From positions 1,440,001-1,504,000 of the forward strand of contig OZ244197.1 of the NCBI GenBank assembly GCA_965216785.1: 64,000 nucleotides of DNA, in the 5' to 3' direction. Numbering within the stretch: position 1 is the first letter of the stretch; every line of letters starts with the position of its first letter. A program made the translations under genes and the position numbers. The notes beneath the pieces were generated by a model. It saw nothing but the letters and a program-made list of their open reading frames with translations. It was not told the DNA's origin and ran no database searches. This document shows positions 59,434 to 64,000 of the stretch, one piece after another. This DNA is from Thermodesulfobacteriota bacterium. GTDB taxonomy: Bacteria; Desulfobacterota_D; UBA1144; Nemesobacterales; UBA2774.

Positions 59434-60516
59434 TTATTTGTCTTTCACGCACCTAAATCCTCCATGTGAGAGCCCAGTGTCCGGGCTTGTTTTTTGCCTG
59501 AACGCGGCCCTGTAGCCCGAGCAATAAGATTCATTACATAAATATGAGCCGCCCCTCTGAACCTTCTTTTCCGCATACGGCTCCACGGGATCGTAGCTGT
59601 CTTCAGGGCCCTTTGGGTTCCTAATACCTTCGGGCTTATTGCTTGTTTCATAATAATCGTGTCTATACCAATCACTTGTCCATTCCCACACATTACCCGC
59701 AATATCGTACAGGCCGTAGCCATTAGGTGGAAAAGATTTTACGGGAGCCGTTACCACAAATCCGTCATTGCCAGTGTTTTTAGAAGGGAATTTGCCATCC
59801 CAGGTGTTGGCTTTGGCGCTGCCTTTATCCACACGCTCCCCGCCCCACGAATAGGGCTTGTTTTCAAGACCCCCACGGGCTGCCCATTCCCATTCAGCCT
59901 CAGTGGGTAGCCGCTTACCAGCCCATTTGCAGTACTCGTTTGCGTCGTACCATGAAATATGTATTACGGGATGTGCGTCAAGGCCCTTAATATCGCTCCC
60001 CGGACCTACCGGGTTTTTCCAGTTTGCGCCTTGTACCCAGAGCCACCACTCATAAAAGTTATTTAAGCTAACCTCTCCTCTGGGTGGATTGAACACGAGT
60101 GAGCCCGGAACCAAAAGGCTGTCATCGGGTTTAGGAGTGCCTTCAGGGAGCTGTTTTTTAAGCTCCTCCCACTTGGGCTTTTGCTCGGCGGTGGTTACGT
60201 ATTTTTTCTCATCAACGAATTTTTTAAACTCCCCGTTTGTAACCTCGGTCTCATCCATCCAAAAAGCATCCAGTAATACTCTGTGCCTGGGGAGCTCATC
60301 GGGACGTGCGAGCTCGTCGTGAGCGCCCATCATAAAATCAGCCTCGGGTATTAGAACCATGCCTTGTTTTGTCTCTAGGTCTTTATTCTTTGTGGAATCC
60401 CCACAAGAGTAAGAGAAGAGAAGAATGAATATAACGAAGGCCAGGCATATATATTCGGCTTCTATATTCGCTTCTTGATTTAAAGACCAATCGCCTAATC
60501 GAATAATAATATTCAC
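59434..60516 (-). CDS. Formylglycine-generating enzyme (sulfatase maturation)
   Basis: FMMG, RLPTEAEWE, NVWEW, RGGSYLCNESYCSGYR (both catalytic Cys present). Confidence 0.92.
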   Translation of the reverse strand: MNIIIRLGDWSLNQEANIEAEYICLAFVIFILLFSYSCGDSTKNKDLETKQGMVLIPEADFMMGAHDELARPDELPRHRVLLDAFWMDETEVTNGEFKKFVDEKKYVTTAEQKPKWEELKKQLPEGTPKPDDSLLVPGSLVFNPPRGEVSLNNFYEWWLWVQGANWKNPVGPGSDIKGLDAHPVIHISWYDANEYCKWAGKRLPTEAEWEWAARGGLENKPYSWGGERVDKGSAKANTWDGKFPSKNTGNDGFVVTAPVKSFPPNGYGLYDIAGNVWEWTSDWYRHDYYETSNKPEGIRNPKGPEDSYDPVEPYAEKKVQRGGSYLCNESYCSGYRAAFRQKTSPDTGLSHGGFRCVKDK

Positions 60517-60775
60517 CTCAAATACAGGAGTACTGCTTGACCCATTCTATCATATTTGCAGCCTAATTCTAAAGAAATCCTCTTAGAAGTTAAGATTGTA
60601 ATGTTCTCTTCGCTCATGCCGGGCCGCTTCCTTTCTCTTTCTTCCAGCGTAGTTCCTATATTTCAGAGTGTATAGCACAGAATATTCCAGAATAGTATGA
60701 AACTATAACAAAAGAATAGTAAGTATTAAATCCCTTGCTTTCCGCTTGCTGACGTTATAGGATTAATTACTAGAT

Positions 60776-61159
60776 ATGGCACTTGAAACACAATTTTCTA
60801 TCTTTGTGAAGAACAGGGTTGGTATGCTAAACGAGCTCTGTACAGCGATTTCTGAAGCCAACATAAATATCAGAGGGCTTTCTACAGTAGTTGAAGCAGA
60901 GTCGGCAATTGTAGGCTTGATCGTGGATGATGCAGATAAGACCAAGGAAGTTCTCCACGAACAGAATCTAAAATTCGGCGAAAGCACTGTTTTGACTGTA
61001 CAGATGGATAACAAACCCGGACAAATTGCTAAGATTACAAAAAAACTTTCCGAGCAACATATTAATATTGTTAACGCATCTTTGACTGCAGAAGGTGAAC
61101 ACTGCTTATTGGTTCTGATGACAACAGACAACAAAAAAGCAGACGAAATCCTGGGTTGA
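60776..61159 (+). CDS. Tandem ACT domain protein
   Basis: QFSIFVKNRVGML...NINI; MDNKPGQIAKI...HINI. Confidence 0.85.
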   Translation: MALETQFSIFVKNRVGMLNELCTAISEANINIRGLSTVVEAESAIVGLIVDDADKTKEVLHEQNLKFGESTVLTVQMDNKPGQIAKITKKLSEQHINIVNASLTAEGEHCLLVLMTTDNKKADEILG

Positions 61160-61283
61160 TTTGGGTTTCTAATGCTACCCTTACCTCAGATTGTCATACC
61201 CCCGGAAACCGGTCCACCCACAAAGTTAGCAATATTTATATAACCCTATCTCACGGCTTCTGCGATTATTGATATTTTTGGGA

Positions 61284-61311
61284 AACAAAAAAGGGAGCCG
61301 AAGCTCCCTTT
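61284..61311 (-). terminator. Rho-independent terminator (possibly bidirectional)
   Basis: Minus strand aaagggagc-ttcg-gctcccttt followed by tttg. Confidence 0.85.
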
Positions 61312-61351
61312 CTGTATTTAATTTTAATGTATTGTTACGCGTTTTCCTTAT

Positions 61352-62686
61352 CTATTTATTCCATGGATTCGGGTAGTTTGTTCCATATTCTTTGTTAAAG
61401 TCGTCATAGATCTTCTGAATGACAGGCAAGAGTTCCGGCTCTATGCCTTCCACGACCCATTTAGGCGTAACGTATCGATCACCAGTAGCCATCTGCTTTT
61501 CCTGCAGCGGCGGTACCGGGTAGACAAAGGTATTGTAGGCACTCGTACGAGTCCTTATTTTATCTTTTGTCACGTTCCAGACCATGAAATCTGTAGCATA
61601 GTCCACCTGACCATGGTACGTCTCACGTACTGCTTCTACCATTCTGGGAATTGAGTCGGGTTCGTATGTAAAATGATAAGCGACTGCCCGACGCGGATTG
61701 GTGAGCGACATAACTTTTCCGAACATCACTGCGGAGGTATGAATAACTGTGCTCGCGTTTAAGGCTTCCTGAGCGGTAAAACTGTATTTTTCCTCCCACA
61801 TTCCCGTTGGGAAGAAAGCCTCATGAATAGAAAGGTCTGAGTTCTGTGTATGTTTAACCCACCATTTATTAGGCACTGTATCACTTGAGTAAGATAATTT
61901 TAGTCCGTTCCACTCCAGAATGAAGCTCACTGACTGTTCGAAGTGAATTGCCGGGATCGTACGGATAACTACTCCGTTCTCTTCATATATAACGTTGTTG
62001 ATCTTAGACCAGTCAAACTCGTTGACGACCAACTGAAAGGCGCGGGTATCGATGGTACCTACTAGCGTACCGGTCATCCAGGCCCACATTTCCTGCATTT
62101 TTTCCATTGACGTTTTAAAGCTCCATTCGGGCTTTGTCCCGCCCCCGCCGGGTCCCCAAACATAGAGCGGTCCGGAACGGTTATTCTGCGGGCCGTAAAC
62201 CCAAAACGCGGGTAAGTCGCCCATATGGTCCATATGCAGGTGACCGATAAAGACCTTGTTTATATAATCAAGCGGGATGCCGAGCGACATCAGCCTTTCA
62301 GAAGAGCCGGTTCCCATATCGAAAATGAATTTGTCACCGTTTCCCAACTCTACCAGGAAACATGCGGCCCCCTGGTTAAGACTCGGGATAGGCATACCTG
62401 AGCCGCAGGTTATCACCCGCATCTCATCCGGAGCCAAATCCTCAGTGCCAGGGTAGTACACAGAGCGGTTTTTAAAGGCGCCCGTCCGGGAATAATTAGC
62501 TGCCTTAGGGCCTGGTTTGATCTTATCAGCGGCCTGGACTCCATCAATCCCGAGAGACGTTACGGTTTTGAGAAGACCTTGTTTCTTTATAATGGGCAGC
62601 CAATCATGTGAACTCGTTGTAACGACATAGCCAAGAATGACAACAGCAATTAGCAAGCTCAGTTTAAATACCGTTGAAATACGCAT
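61352..62686 (-). CDS. Exported RNase Z/AtsA-like MBL-fold metallohydrolase
   Basis: N-terminal hydrophobic segment; CGSGMP, FDMGTG, HLHMDH, SSDT, HE, HT. Confidence 0.8.
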   Translation of the reverse strand: MRISTVFKLSLLIAVVILGYVVTTSSHDWLPIIKKQGLLKTVTSLGIDGVQAADKIKPGPKAANYSRTGAFKNRSVYYPGTEDLAPDEMRVITCGSGMPIPSLNQGAACFLVELGNGDKFIFDMGTGSSERLMSLGIPLDYINKVFIGHLHMDHMGDLPAFWVYGPQNNRSGPLYVWGPGGGGTKPEWSFKTSMEKMQEMWAWMTGTLVGTIDTRAFQLVVNEFDWSKINNVIYEENGVVIRTIPAIHFEQSVSFILEWNGLKLSYSSDTVPNKWWVKHTQNSDLSIHEAFFPTGMWEEKYSFTAQEALNASTVIHTSAVMFGKVMSLTNPRRAVAYHFTYEPDSIPRMVEAVRETYHGQVDYATDFMVWNVTKDKIRTRTSAYNTFVYPVPPLQEKQMATGDRYVTPKWVVEGIEPELLPVIQKIYDDFNKEYGTNYPNPWNK

Positions 62687-62873
62687 CTTATTTTACCTCC
62701 TAAATGTTAAGTTGTAAGTCCATTATATCAGAAAATGTAAGATGAAGTAAAAATTTTTATCACTTTTAATCAGGTTCGATTAATTTTCTCTTTACCTTCT
62801 GAATACTAGAAAAGAGATATACATAGGTGGTTTTGAAAACATAACGTAAGTACATTATGCTCTTCTTGGTACC

Positions 62874-63998
62874 ATGGAAACCGTAAAATTCGGATTGCCT
62901 ATATCCCTTAGTGGTAGATACAGCGTTCAGGCAACTGAAAGCTTTCAGGGTCTGCAGCTATTCGTGTCTGATGTTAACAGTACGGGCGGGTTATTGATTC
63001 CGAGCCTGGGGAAAAAAGTACCGCTTGAACTAATTTACTATGACGACGAAAGCTCGGTCGATAAGTGTAAAGAGCTTACTGAAAAGCTCATTGTCAACGA
63101 TGACGTCGATGTACTCCTAGGCCCATACTCAAGCTCGCTTGCCCTGGGCGCTGCCGAGGTGGCCGAGGCCGAAGGCAAGACTCTCTGGAACCACGGCGGC
63201 TCGACTGATGAGATTGAGAAAAGGAAATTCACTTGCGTAATAAGCAGTATTTCCCCAGCAAGTTCATATATGCGGGGCATATTGCGCCTTATTAGAGATA
63301 CCGACAGTGAGGCCCAAAAAGTAGCGTTCCTTAGCGCTATTGACAGCGGTTTTTCTCAGAATATCGCAGCTGGCGCTAAGCTACACGCAAAAGAGTTGGG
63401 TTTTGAGGTCCGGGATTTTACATTTACATCCGGGGAGAGGGACTTAAGAGTCATAATTGAGGATGTTAAGAAGTATAATCCTGATCTGATTCTTGGTATC
63501 GGACGGGCAGAGGATGATATGGCAGTAGCAAAAGAGCTTGAATGGCAGGGAGTAAAGCCAAAGGCCGCGGGGCTCGTAGTTGCTTCAATAAAGCTCTTCA
63601 GAGAGACGTTTGGAGATTACTCAGAGGGTTTTCTGTCAGTCAGCCAGTGGGAGAGGGGGCTCAGGGTAGAACCCGATATAGGCCCTACGCCTGAAGAATT
63701 TGCGGAGCGTTTTACATCTGCGTACCACAAAGAGCCTGACTACGTGGCGGCCCAGGGTTATCACATAGGGCTTATCGTCAAGCATTGCATACTAGTTTCC
63801 GGGACTTTGGATGACGCTGCTCTAAGGGATACTGCAAAGCGAGAGGAGCTAAAGACTTTTTACGGCACTTTTATGACCGATTCTTCGGGCAGTCAAAAGG
63901 GGCATGAAACGGTGGTAGTGCAGTGGCAGGATGGACGCAAGGTTATTGTTTACCCTGGGCAGTATAAAGAAGCGTCTTTTATTTACCCACTACAGTAA
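62874..63998 (+). CDS. Leu/Ile/Val-type (LivK-like) substrate-binding-fold protein without a signal peptide
   Basis: KFGLPISLSGRY, VNSTGG, YYDDES, LLGPYSS, VVQWQDG. Confidence 0.85.
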   Translation: METVKFGLPISLSGRYSVQATESFQGLQLFVSDVNSTGGLLIPSLGKKVPLELIYYDDESSVDKCKELTEKLIVNDDVDVLLGPYSSSLALGAAEVAEAEGKTLWNHGGSTDEIEKRKFTCVISSISPASSYMRGILRLIRDTDSEAQKVAFLSAIDSGFSQNIAAGAKLHAKELGFEVRDFTFTSGERDLRVIIEDVKKYNPDLILGIGRAEDDMAVAKELEWQGVKPKAAGLVVASIKLFRETFGDYSEGFLSVSQWERGLRVEPDIGPTPEEFAERFTSAYHKEPDYVAAQGYHIGLIVKHCILVSGTLDDAALRDTAKREELKTFYGTFMTDSSGSQKGHETVVVQWQDGRKVIVYPGQYKEASFIYPLQ

Positions 63999-64000
63999 AT

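Overview
Bacterial chromosomal window. The first ~40.5 kb is mostly housekeeping: smc (partial), a large J-domain/TPR protein, a ppiD-like gene, cofD-cofG-cofH (F420/FO synthesis), a clpX-like gene fused in operon to rimO, argB-argD-argF, xerC-hslV-hslU, a 10xLysM-NlpC/P60 hydrolase, a small surface-glycan cluster, trpF-trpB-trpA, fmt, rsmD-coaD and an aminotransferase. From ~40.5 kb there is a patchwork of accessory genes: trkH, a LysR regulator, an LLM oxidoreductase, maoC-pta/ackA, three sulfatase-type hydrolases with FGE, gdx and a patatin. Gene content and an IPTL-CTERM remnant suggest a Desulfobacterota/Dadabacteria-like organism (inference only). No rRNA, tRNA, CRISPR array or transposase was recognised. 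The most notable items are: (1) a PA2779-like secreted protein with a PAGG motif plus TM tail, encoded with C39-peptidase and TPR lipoproteins (candidate processing system); (2) a ~230-nt structured leader with a boxA-like site in front of the LysM hydrolase; (3) an ORF ending in RSPP (possible arrest peptide) upstream of a Cys-rich lipoprotein and trkH; (4) a 108-aa ORF missed by the track that appears to start at ATC; (5) a frameshifted IPTL-CTERM tail left behind by a deleted gene. All domain calls come from motif recognition by eye, not from database searches.
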